Source of the DNA: Candidatus Poribacteria bacterium
GTDB taxonomy: Bacteria > Poribacteria > WGA-4E > WGA-3G
Reading direction: 5' to 3'
DNA length: 64,000 bases
NCBI GenBank assembly: GCA_965205025.1
Contig: CBDBFU010000011.1
Span: forward strand, 1 to 64,000
Position numbers and translations under genes: made by a program. Positions 51,777 through 61,414 of the stretch are shown here, one piece after another (the stretch's first letter is position 1; the number at the start of each line of letters is the position of its first letter). The notes under the pieces were generated by a model, which saw nothing but the letters and a program-made list of their open reading frames with translations, made no database searches and was not told where the DNA came from.

Positions 51777-52592
51777 ATGAACATGAGAAAAGTGATATTC
51801 GCATTTACCATACTTTTTGTTTTCGTCGCTACTACTTCCAGTTGGGCAGGACTTGGTGATGTTGCAATCTTTAGTGAAGGAGTTGGATGGATTTCAAAAG
51901 ATAATGCTGATATTCAGCGTGCTATAGTATTTGATAATTTGAAAAACGAAGTGTCTTCTGTTGGTGATGTTGTCTATAAAACCGATGCAGAAATCGGACC
52001 TTGGGCAGAAGATAGAATTGATGATGGTAAAGCAGACATCATCATTGTCTTTGGGTGGTTTCCAACAACTCTATATACCCCCGGGAATTCACAGGTTGAT
52101 GATTCAATTGCCGAACGTTTCCTCTACGGTGGAAATATCATCCTAAATTGTGCCGACTATGCTTTCTATGTTTCTGCAGATGGTGGCAATGGTGATAGTG
52201 GCTTGAAGAATATCATTAATATCAATGCTGATATGTGGGGTGGTGGTACTGTTATTACACCTACAGATGATGGAAAGAAATATACACCAGCGTTGGTGAA
52301 TTTTACATCTGAACGGCCATTTAAGGCTAATCAGATTGTTGACCCATGGAGTGTTGAAGTGAAATTCGGTGATAACGGTGCTGACTTCTTCGATCCAGGT
52401 ATCATTAAATTGAATGATAGCAGTGGTCGTGTTGGAATCTGTATGCAAGAACCAAGTAGAGGTGACTTGCCACGCGGTCAAGTCCTGATTGAAATGATAA
52501 GTTTTATTTCAATGCAGGATGATGTAGCTACTCCGGTTGAACCTACCGGTAAAACATCAACGACATGGGGTACACTTAAAGCTGCTTGGTAA
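51777..52592 (+). CDS. Secreted protein, tandem paralog, C-terminal STTWG motif
   Basis: AAGGAG RBS before ATG 51777; shares GN..DxSIAE.FL.GGNI.LN.ADY.FYV with the upstream gene; ends VEPTGKTSTTWGTLK. Confidence 0.85.
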   Translation: MNMRKVIFAFTILFVFVATTSSWAGLGDVAIFSEGVGWISKDNADIQRAIVFDNLKNEVSSVGDVVYKTDAEIGPWAEDRIDDGKADIIIVFGWFPTTLYTPGNSQVDDSIAERFLYGGNIILNCADYAFYVSADGGNGDSGLKNIININADMWGGGTVITPTDDGKKYTPALVNFTSERPFKANQIVDPWSVEVKFGDNGADFFDPGIIKLNDSSGRVGICMQEPSRGDLPRGQVLIEMISFISMQDDVATPVEPTGKTSTTWGTLKAAW

Positions 52593-52626
52593 TGTTTATC
52601 AGTTCTTCCAAGTAAATTTCTAAATG

Positions 52627-52661
52627 AAAAGCGTATCTTCCAAACGGGAGATACGCTTTTT
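52627..52661 (+). terminator. Intrinsic terminator
   Basis: AAAAGCGTATCTTCC/GGGAGATACGCTTTTT stem. Confidence 0.8.
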
Positions 52662-52828
52662 CTATTCAGTAGTGAATAAATTAGAATATTTATCATAAAT
52701 TAATCATCTACAGATAAGTAATCCTAACAATTGATGCGACACAATAACGTAATATTTTTGTACTGTTTAAAATTGATTTTACACGCTATCTATGATATAA
52801 AAGATACATCTTATAAGGAGAAAAACCA

Positions 52829-53779
52829 GTGAAACTTGTCTCATTTAAAGTAGTATCTCATGACCAATATACCAGAATAGGTGCATTAATTGATAACGAT
52901 CTAATTGCTGATCTCAATTTAGAGACATCAGATATGACCGAATTCTTTGAACAAGACCTAAGTGAGGATGCACAAGAGCATATTGATACAATTCAAAAAC
53001 AAATTGATCAAGGATCGGATTTATCCAAATCTGTCTTCAATATCGCTGATGTAGAATTACTTGCTCCATTTCCACGTCCTGCAAGTTTAAGAGATTTCGG
53101 GGTATTCAAAACTCATATGGACGCAGCATCCCGAATTACAGGAAAACCAATTTCTGAAGAATGGTACAAATTACCTAACTACTACCGGGGAAGTGCAAGT
53201 CCAGGGTCAGTTGCTGGACACGAGGCGATTGTTACCTGGCCAAATTATACAGAAAAGCTGGATTTTGAGCTTGAATGGGGTGTTTACATAGGTAAAACAG
53301 GTAAGAATATACCAATAGATGAAGCTCATGATTACATCGCTGGATTCACGATTTTCAATGATATTAGCGCGCGTGATATACAATTTCGCCATATGACACT
53401 ATCACTCGGTCCGGCAAAAGGGAAGGACTTTGATAATAGTAATATTATGGGACCATATCTTGTAACACCAGATGAAATCGGTGATCCGTATAACTTGAAA
53501 ATGACTGCAAAAGTAAATGGTGAACTCTGGTCTGAGGGAACTACTGCAGATATGTATTATTCATTTGCAGAAATGATCTCATTTGTGTCCCAGTCAGAGA
53601 CTATCTTTCCAGGGGAATTTTTAGGTTCAGGAACAGTAGGTATGGGATGTGGTTGGGAACTTGATAGATGGATACAACCAGGGGATGTGATTGAGCTTGA
53701 AGTTGAAAATATCGGGATACTTCGGAACACAATTGGTGAACCAGAAGTGAATTCGGCTGCTTGGAAGGAAAAAGTATAA
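52829..53779 (+). CDS. Fumarylacetoacetate hydrolase family protein
   Basis: LDFELE, FNDISARDIQ, AKGKDF, GSGT motifs. Confidence 0.92.
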   Translation: MKLVSFKVVSHDQYTRIGALIDNDLIADLNLETSDMTEFFEQDLSEDAQEHIDTIQKQIDQGSDLSKSVFNIADVELLAPFPRPASLRDFGVFKTHMDAASRITGKPISEEWYKLPNYYRGSASPGSVAGHEAIVTWPNYTEKLDFELEWGVYIGKTGKNIPIDEAHDYIAGFTIFNDISARDIQFRHMTLSLGPAKGKDFDNSNIMGPYLVTPDEIGDPYNLKMTAKVNGELWSEGTTADMYYSFAEMISFVSQSETIFPGEFLGSGTVGMGCGWELDRWIQPGDVIELEVENIGILRNTIGEPEVNSAAWKEKV

Positions 53780-53781
53780 CT

Positions 53782-54531
53782 GTGCGACTTAATGAGAAGG
53801 TGGCTATCATTACTGGTGCAGCGTCTGGAATAGGTAAAGCTACTGCCAAACTCTTCGCAGAACACGGTGCGAAAATTGTTGTCGCTGATATTGATACTGA
53901 TGGTGGTGAATTAACTGTAGCTGATATTAAGGATAAAGGATACCAAGGTAGTTTTATCCAAACCGATGTGACGATCCATGACAAAACACAACAGATGGTG
54001 GACCATACTGTTAATCTATATGGTAAACTTGATATTATCGTTAACAGTGCGGGGATTGCAATGCGTCTACCGGTAGACGAATTGCCTGAAGATGATTGGC
54101 ATCATTGTTTAGGTGTTAACCTAACTGGTGTCTTTCTTTGTTCTAAAGCAGCAATCCCCGCAATGAGAAAGAATTGTGGAGGATCTATAATAAATCTTTC
54201 CTCAATATACGGATTAGTTGGAGCTGAAGTACGTGCTGCTTATGTGGCATCAAAAGGTGCTGTAACCAATCTTACACGGGGTATGGCACTTGATTATGCT
54301 GAAGATAACATACGGGTCAACTGCATCTGTCCAGGATTTGTAGAAACACCTTTAGTAGCAGGGGTTGTGAAGAATCCTGATGAGTATCAGAAATTGGCAA
54401 ATAAACACCCATTACGTAGATTGGGACAACCCACTGAAATTGCCTATGGTGCATTGTATCTTGCTTCAGATGAATCTGCTTTTGTAACCGGTATCGCTTT
54501 ACCTATTGATGGTGGATATACTGCTGGTTAG
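53782..54531 (+). CDS. Short-chain dehydrogenase/reductase
   Basis: TGAASGIG, NSAG, YVASK, IRVNCICPG, IDGG motifs. Confidence 0.94.
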   Translation: MRLNEKVAIITGAASGIGKATAKLFAEHGAKIVVADIDTDGGELTVADIKDKGYQGSFIQTDVTIHDKTQQMVDHTVNLYGKLDIIVNSAGIAMRLPVDELPEDDWHHCLGVNLTGVFLCSKAAIPAMRKNCGGSIINLSSIYGLVGAEVRAAYVASKGAVTNLTRGMALDYAEDNIRVNCICPGFVETPLVAGVVKNPDEYQKLANKHPLRRLGQPTEIAYGALYLASDESAFVTGIALPIDGGYTAG

Positions 54532-54632
54532 ACAGATAGAGATTAATATATTATCTCAAGACTAATTTATCATTCATTGGTAAGAATAGAACATTATAGT
54601 TGGTTGAGGTAAGACACCTCAGCTTTTTATTC

Positions 54633-57323
54633 ATGACACACATTCGTAGATTACCTCTTTATGCTTTTCTCTTACTATTACTAAACAGTTCATACCTATT
54701 TAGTTTCGGTGAACCAACCCTCTTCTACATTCTAAATGTACTAATCCATATAATACTTGGAAGTCTTCTCATAATACTCTTTTGCTACTATCTGGTAAAG
54801 AATATAAGGAAACTGTCAGTTGTTGGAAGAGTAGGAGTAATTGCTCTTACAATAGGTATTGTGAGTGCTTGTTATTTGATGGTGGTAGGAGCATCAACAC
54901 CGTATCGTTGGCTTCTTATCACTCATATTATTAGCATTACAATAGGTAGTTTACTATTTAGTCTACATCTACTGAAGAATACTAATCACATTACTGGAAA
55001 GTTTCAAAAAATATATATCAGTGTATTGGTATGTGTCCTTTTCTTTCCGATTGGAGCAAAACTTTCCCAACATTTCTTCCCAAATAAGACATATCTTGTC
55101 GAAAATCCTGCATTTCCACCAAGTAGTATGTATGATGAAGGAGGAGGAACAACAGGACACTTCTTCCCAGCATCTGTTGAGACAGATACTGGTAATTTTA
55201 TACCTACAGACTTTTTTCTTACTTCTGAAACATGTGCATCAAACGGATGTCATCCAGATATTTACAAACAATGGAATGAATCGGCACATCATTTTTCTTC
55301 CTTTAACAATCAATGGTATCGTAAATCCATAATCTATATGCAGGAAGTAAACGGCATACAACCATCAAAATGGTGTGGCGGTTGTCATGATCCTGCCATT
55401 CTACTCAATGGTGTAATGGATAAACCTATTCGTGAAAATCTACATACACCCGCAGCTCAAGCTGGACTGGCATGTACTGCCTGCCATTCTATTGATCGTG
55501 TTAAAGATACAATGGGAAATAGTGGATATGTAATAAAATATCCTCCACTTCATAATCTTGCTTCAAGCAATAATCGTTTGATTCGTATTATGCACAACTA
55601 CCTTATCAGACTTGATCCAGAACCCCATAAAAATAGCTTTATAAAACCATTTCATCGAGAAAATACAGCAGAATTCTGCTCCACATGTCATAAAGTTCAT
55701 CTTGATTTTCCAGTCAATAATTACAGATGGATCCGGGGATTTAATGATTATGATCAATGGCAGAAAAGTGGTGTATCCCATCAAGGAGCTCTTTCGTTTT
55801 ACTATCCTGAAAAAGCAAAAAAATGTGTTGATTGCCATATGCCTTTAGTAGATTCAAAGGATGCAGGGAACATAAAAGGGAAGGTACACAGTCACAGATT
55901 TGCAGCTGCAAATACTGCTCTGCCATACGTAAATAAACACGATACGCAATTAAAGGAAGTCACCAACTTTCTAAAGAACGATGTTGTTACACTTGATTTA
56001 TTTGCAGATGGTTCTCCAATACCTATGAATGGTACTACAGTTTCCAGGGACGAGAGTACTCTGATTGAGATAGTAGTTCGTACAAGAGGGGTAGGACACC
56101 ATTTCCCAACTGGGACAATTGATGCATTTGACATCTGGCTTGAGTTGAAAATAACAGATGAAAACGGGAAGATTGTCTTTTGGAATGGCAGGATTTCTGA
56201 GCCAGATGGAAATGGTCCCGTAGACCCAAGTGCACATTTTTACCGTAGTTATATGCTTGATGAACATGCTAACCTAATCAATAAACGTAATGTTTGGGCA
56301 ATGCGAAAAGTCTTATATTCAAATACTATCCCTCCCGGTGCTGCCGATACAGTACGTTATCGATTAGAAATTCCTCCTGATTGTGGGAATACTCTCAGTG
56401 TAGAAGCCAAACTTAATTACCGTAAATTTAACTGGTGGCATACTCAGTGGGCTTACGCTGGTGTACGTGATCCAGAGGATACAGATTTTATGGTCGATAA
56501 GGGTTATGACAATGGTAAATGGATTTGGACTGGGGATACAACTGATGTTGCTGGAAAAATCAAGACTATTCCAAATTTACCCATTGTGGTGATGGCTGAA
56601 GCGAAGACCCGACTCCTTGTACAATCTGAGAAGAACAATTCACAAATTACAGAATCAACACAGAATCAACTTTTAAATATAGATAATTTACGAGAACGTT
56701 GGAATGATTATGGAATAGGTTTGTTGCTTCAGGGAGATTTAAGAAAGGCAGAATCTGTTTTCTTAAAAGTAACTGAAATTGAACCGGGTTATCTTGATGG
56801 ATGGGTTAATGTTGCCAGATGTCGTATAAAAGAAGGAAATATGTCTGGGGCACAAACAATGTTAAATCAAGCCTTGGAATTACAGAAATCTCTTTCACCG
56901 ACAGATCCGAATCGTGCAAAGGTTCACTATTTTTATGGACTCGTACAGGAATCTTATGGTAATTACGATTTAGCGATACAACATGTTAAACAAGCTATAG
57001 AGCAATTTCCCCGAGACACGAGAGTAAGTAATCTATTAGGACGATTGCATTTTCTAAAGAGGAATTATCAGATCGCTATCTCTTATTTTCAGAAGAGTTT
57101 GAAAGTTGACCCTGAAGATTTAGATGCACACTACAATATGATGCGGTGTTACCGTGCACTTAAAAACCCATCTATGGAAGCAAAATCTCATAAGCTTTAT
57201 TTTCGGTTCAAAGCAGATGAATCAGTTGATGATATAACAGGTATTGCACGGCGTGCCGATACACATGCGAATATTGAACGACAACCAATTCATGAGCATG
57301 TGAATAGTTATAAATCAGAATAA
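54633..57323 (+). CDS. Membrane-anchored multiheme cytochrome c with TPR repeats
   Basis: Five N-terminal hydrophobic helices; CASNGCH, CGGCH, CTACH, CSTCH, CVDCH; GHHFPTG; C-terminal TPRs. Confidence 0.85.
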   Translation: MTHIRRLPLYAFLLLLLNSSYLFSFGEPTLFYILNVLIHIILGSLLIILFCYYLVKNIRKLSVVGRVGVIALTIGIVSACYLMVVGASTPYRWLLITHIISITIGSLLFSLHLLKNTNHITGKFQKIYISVLVCVLFFPIGAKLSQHFFPNKTYLVENPAFPPSSMYDEGGGTTGHFFPASVETDTGNFIPTDFFLTSETCASNGCHPDIYKQWNESAHHFSSFNNQWYRKSIIYMQEVNGIQPSKWCGGCHDPAILLNGVMDKPIRENLHTPAAQAGLACTACHSIDRVKDTMGNSGYVIKYPPLHNLASSNNRLIRIMHNYLIRLDPEPHKNSFIKPFHRENTAEFCSTCHKVHLDFPVNNYRWIRGFNDYDQWQKSGVSHQGALSFYYPEKAKKCVDCHMPLVDSKDAGNIKGKVHSHRFAAANTALPYVNKHDTQLKEVTNFLKNDVVTLDLFADGSPIPMNGTTVSRDESTLIEIVVRTRGVGHHFPTGTIDAFDIWLELKITDENGKIVFWNGRISEPDGNGPVDPSAHFYRSYMLDEHANLINKRNVWAMRKVLYSNTIPPGAADTVRYRLEIPPDCGNTLSVEAKLNYRKFNWWHTQWAYAGVRDPEDTDFMVDKGYDNGKWIWTGDTTDVAGKIKTIPNLPIVVMAEAKTRLLVQSEKNNSQITESTQNQLLNIDNLRERWNDYGIGLLLQGDLRKAESVFLKVTEIEPGYLDGWVNVARCRIKEGNMSGAQTMLNQALELQKSLSPTDPNRAKVHYFYGLVQESYGNYDLAIQHVKQAIEQFPRDTRVSNLLGRLHFLKRNYQIAISYFQKSLKVDPEDLDAHYNMMRCYRALKNPSMEAKSHKLYFRFKADESVDDITGIARRADTHANIERQPIHEHVNSYKSE

Positions 57324-57445
57324 TTCTTTAGTAAAGGTAAATAACGAAGAAGATTACATCTTTGTTGTGCTTGCCAATTATACAGGGTTGTGTTATTATC
57401 ACAACGACCTAATATACATAACAAATCACTTAATAGGAGTTTTTT

Positions 57446-57871
57446 ATGGCAGTTTTTTTACATACACGTGTTCGTGTGAGTGATCTCGATAATTCTATAG
57501 ATTGGTATTGTGATCACTTAGGTTTTAAAGTTCTCAGTCGTAGTGATAAATCACCAGCAGGTAATCAGATTGTTCATCTTGAGTTACCTGGGAATGCACA
57601 TACTTTGGAACTTACCTATTCACCGGATTTTGACTTACAGGTTCAAGAGGATTTAATGCATTTTGCTATTGGCGTACCTGACATTGTTGAATTCTGCGAT
57701 GGGTTAGAGAAAGCCGGATTAGAAATATGGCCAGATGAGTGGCGAAAGCAATTTACATCCGGTGGAATGAAGATGGCATTTATTACAGATCCAGATGGAT
57801 ATGAGGTAGAGATATTGGAAAGGAAAGATACATCTGGGGATCCGCTTGATGTATTGGATGAATCTAATTAG
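57446..57871 (+). CDS. VOC/glyoxalase (lactoylglutathione lyase-like) protein
   Basis: LHTRVRVSDL, LELTY, HFAIGV, FITDPDGYEVEI motifs. Confidence 0.9.
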   Translation: MAVFLHTRVRVSDLDNSIDWYCDHLGFKVLSRSDKSPAGNQIVHLELPGNAHTLELTYSPDFDLQVQEDLMHFAIGVPDIVEFCDGLEKAGLEIWPDEWRKQFTSGGMKMAFITDPDGYEVEILERKDTSGDPLDVLDESN

Positions 57872-57982
57872 TGATTCTAATATTGGATTTCAAACATGAA
57901 ATAACAGTGTGTGGTGTCTTGAAATCAAATGATCTAATAGATACCACACCTTACTTGGATCTATTCTACCCGATTGATGTGA

Positions 57983-58798
57983 TTAAACAAATGGCCAGAA
58001 TTGATTCCATGCTGTCATCCAATCTATACCTTGACTCTCCACAGTGACAGGACCGGTAACTTCTACGCCTGGACGGCCCTTGAATGTAGACATTTTATCT
58101 ACACTTGAGAGTTCTATTGTAATTGTCGTTGGTTTATCTGGTACATAGGGCTGTAGTTTTGATAAATCGGATAGAGCATTTTTCGTTGCCTCTTCAATCA
58201 TTTCCCGTGCTCTTACAGGCGGTATGTGTTTTGCGCTATATCTACTTAACCCCTTCTTGACTGCTACTATTGGGAGATCATTACCAAGTAAATCCCTTGC
58301 TTCTCTGCAAACAGCGGTATCCCCAGTAACAAGAGCAACAGGAACACCGTAATGTCCATTGAGTGCTGCATTAACACCGGTTTCTCCAACCAGGTCGTCG
58401 TTAAACCAGAGGTTACGATATTGCACTGTAGAGATTGTATGGCATAGAACACCGTCAGGTGTGTTGTTTCTTGCATGCATACCGATAAGGAGACAAGCAT
58501 CGCATCCATCTTTCCACATATCATCGAATCTGCCCCAACCGTGATGAGCAACCCATTCACAATTTGGATCAATCTTTTCAGGAATCAGAGAATTAAATGT
58601 CCATCCTTGTCCAGCGCCATGACAGTCAACGACAACAATCTCAGTCGCTCCAGCAGTTTTCGCACCTCTGACAGCTGCATTTATCTCTTCAGTATAAAGG
58701 AGCCTCCCTTCCTCAAACATTGCAGCACCACCATCAACTTGGTCCCATACAACGATCCCACTAACTCCTTCCATGTCAGACATTATCAGTACTTTCAT
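57983..58798 (-). CDS. dppA: M55 family D-aminopeptidase
   Basis: SDMEGVSG, DCHG, IGMHA, HTI, GETGVNA, VTGD motifs. Confidence 0.9.
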   Translation of the reverse strand: MKVLIMSDMEGVSGIVVWDQVDGGAAMFEEGRLLYTEEINAAVRGAKTAGATEIVVVDCHGAGQGWTFNSLIPEKIDPNCEWVAHHGWGRFDDMWKDGCDACLLIGMHARNNTPDGVLCHTISTVQYRNLWFNDDLVGETGVNAALNGHYGVPVALVTGDTAVCREARDLLGNDLPIVAVKKGLSRYSAKHIPPVRAREMIEEATKNALSDLSKLQPYVPDKPTTITIELSSVDKMSTFKGRPGVEVTGPVTVESQGIDWMTAWNQFWPFV

Positions 58799-58932
58799 GA
58801 CTTATTCTCTTTATTACTGAATTATATATTCTCCTAAGTTTAAATCAACTGGGGTAAAATAGCAAGTTGAAATTATATCACTCCACATGAATGGAAAATT
58901 AGATTTGAAATAGCATTGAAATTGGGCATTTA

Positions 58933-60297
58933 ATGAAACAAACACGAGAAGATTTGACACAAGGTAGCCTATTCCGTCATCTTATTAAGCTTGCAGTACC
59001 AATCACTTTTGGTTACATCCTTCAAGATGCGTTTAATGTTGTAGATATGATTTTTGTTGGAAGACTTGGACCTGCATCCATCGCAGCAGTAGGAATGAGT
59101 GGGAATTTACTCCGATTAATAGGTGTATTCGCACTCGGTATATCAACTGGATCAGGTATTTTAGTTGCACAATATCTTGGCGCGAGAAACTATGCTCAAG
59201 CCGGACATGTGGCAATGCAAGCTATTCTCTTAGCAATATTCTCTGCAGTTGCTGTAGGACTAATCGGTTATCCGTTATCAGAATTTGGGTTGCGGTCATT
59301 AAGAATCAAAGATGCAGAGGTGATAAGACTTGGAACGACCTATATGCACATTATACTCGTAGGAATTAGTACCATGTTTTTGTCGATGACTCTTGGTTCT
59401 ATTTTCCGTGCTGGTGGAGATGCTGTAACACCTACGGTTGTGCTAATTTTCTCTACAATAATAAATATTGTATTAGACCCTCTCTTGATTTTTGGCATTT
59501 GGAAATTTCCTGAATTGGGTGTTGCTGGGTCAGCATACGCAACAATAATTGGAAGAGGATTTGGAGTCGTAGTACTTCTGATTCTAATTTGGGTAGGACG
59601 ATCTCCATTATCATTACGACATGTCCAATTACAACCAGATATGATTGAAATGCTTGACATTTTTAGGTTAGGTATTTATAGTTCTATGCAGGGATTCTGG
59701 AGACATTTGTCACGTCTTGTATTCCTTTGGGTAATTGGCCCCTATGGCAAATTCGCGGTTGCTGCTTATACGATCTGTATGCGATTACGCATTCTGGTGA
59801 TGAATCCTGGTTTCGGAATTGCCAATGCTGTTGCACCTGTGGTAGGTCAGAATATAGGTGCGAATCAGATAGAACGGGCTGAATCAACCACACGTATAGG
59901 TAATATCATTGGTACAACACTCATGTCTGGAATAGGAATTTTATTTCTTCTATTTCCAGATGTGTTTGTAACTATATTCAACGATGATCCTGAGGTAGTA
60001 AGTATTGGATCAATGTATCTTCAATTTCTTTCACTTACATTTGGTTTTATAGCATTTTCATTAGTATTAGGGAAAGCACTAAATGGTGCAGGGGATACGT
60101 TTTCTCCTATGATTATTACATTTGGATCACAAATGGGTGTAGGATTGTTGCTTGTCATTCTGTTTTCACGTATTATAGGATTAAATGGGGCATGGATTGG
60201 AATATCATTTTCCAATGTAGTACAAGGTGTCTCAATGTGGTTTTGGTATCGTACTGGGAAATGGAAAACAATCAATTTAACTAATAAGCAAAGGTAG
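58933..60297 (+). CDS. MATE family efflux transporter
   Basis: About 12 TM helices; DMIFVGRLG, NIVLDPLLIFG, ELGVAGSAYAT, GQNIGA motifs. Confidence 0.93.
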   Translation: MKQTREDLTQGSLFRHLIKLAVPITFGYILQDAFNVVDMIFVGRLGPASIAAVGMSGNLLRLIGVFALGISTGSGILVAQYLGARNYAQAGHVAMQAILLAIFSAVAVGLIGYPLSEFGLRSLRIKDAEVIRLGTTYMHIILVGISTMFLSMTLGSIFRAGGDAVTPTVVLIFSTIINIVLDPLLIFGIWKFPELGVAGSAYATIIGRGFGVVVLLILIWVGRSPLSLRHVQLQPDMIEMLDIFRLGIYSSMQGFWRHLSRLVFLWVIGPYGKFAVAAYTICMRLRILVMNPGFGIANAVAPVVGQNIGANQIERAESTTRIGNIIGTTLMSGIGILFLLFPDVFVTIFNDDPEVVSIGSMYLQFLSLTFGFIAFSLVLGKALNGAGDTFSPMIITFGSQMGVGLLLVILFSRIIGLNGAWIGISFSNVVQGVSMWFWYRTGKWKTINLTNKQR

Positions 60298-60324
60298 TAT
60301 AGTCTACCTGAAAGAAGGGATTAA

Positions 60325-61158
60325 ATGGGGGATAAAGGGTACACAAACTCTGAACTTGTAGTTTCTGCAGAGGCATTAAAGAATGATATAGATGATGAAT
60401 CTCTCTGTATTGTAGATACGCGACCAACGCATGAATATATATTGGGACACATACCTGGGGCACTACACCTTGATCTTTTTGGTTTGAGTCTAATTAATAC
60501 CAGAAAAGATATGTTTGACACTTTTATGTGGATGATTGCATATTTATTCCAACAGAGAGGTATTGATTCATCAAAAACTATCATATGGTATGAGGATATA
60601 TCTGGCACACGTGCATCACGCGGATTATGGTTCTGCGAATATTTAGGTCACTCAAACACAAAGCTACTTGACGGAGGATTCAAAGCATGGGTGGTTGCTG
60701 ATGGCAAGGTTTGTTTAGAAGGGGTTGAACCCCCTGAAGTGTCAGAATTTCCTATCAATGCAAATCCAAGTTCACACATGGATGCAGATGTGATTAATGA
60801 TTTACTTAACAAAGAGGATTTTATCGCTCTGGATACCAGAACGGATGATGAACATTATGGTAGAGTAGCTCGTGCTAAACGACCAGGTGCAATTCCCGGT
60901 TCTGTACATATTGAGTGGTTAAATAATCTTGATGAAAACGGGGCATTCAAACATGCAGATGAGTTACGACAGATGTATGAAACTGTAGGGGTGACACACG
61001 AAAAACACGTGATGTGTTACTGACAAGGTGGATACCGTTCTTCCCAGTCCTATTTAGCTTTGCGTCTCTTGGGTTATCCAAAAGTTGGCAATTATATAGG
61101 TTCTTGGAAAGAGTGGGGAGACCGGCTGGACTTGCCGGTTGAAATACCTGTCGAATAG
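60325..61158 (+). CDS. Two-domain rhodanese/sulfurtransferase, probable selenoprotein (UGA read as Sec at 61021)
   Basis: GHIPGA, LLDGG and GAIPGS motifs. The frame continues past TGA as [35 protein letters not shown]...PVE to TAG 61158, completing the active-site loop and the C-terminal rhodanese signature. Confidence 0.88.
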
Positions 61159-61175
61159 ATACAGTTACTATAAAA

Positions 61176-61224
61176 TACACCTCTATCATAGAATTTCTAA
61201 GCATAAATACTATGATAGAGGTGT
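61176..61224 (+). terminator. Hairpin after the sulfurtransferase (terminator-like)
   Basis: ACACCTCTATCATAG/CTATGATAGAGGTGT perfect 15-bp inverted repeat. Confidence 0.65.
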
Positions 61225-61250
61225 TCTATTTAATTATATATATATATATA

Positions 61251-61414
61251 TATGCGTCAATTTTGGAGAGAAAATGTTATACCCAGGCCGGTAGGTGCGG
61301 TTTCCTAACCGCACTAAATTTGTGCTAAATCTTTGATTGAAAGCCCTTCGTATAATCCGCTTCGGTTAGGAAACCGAAGCTACCGTTCCTGGATGTGCAC
61401 TAAATTGACGCATA
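61251..61414. mobile_element. TIR-bounded cassette carrying an inverted GTAG-REP pair (REPIN-like)
   Basis: TATGCGTCAATTT...AAATTGACGCATA 13-bp perfect TIR. Contains GTAGGTGCGGTTTCCTAACCGCAC and inverted GTAGCTTCGGTTTCCTAACCGAAGC. Flanking direct repeat GTGTTCTATTTAAT at 61221 and 61417. Confidence 0.75.
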
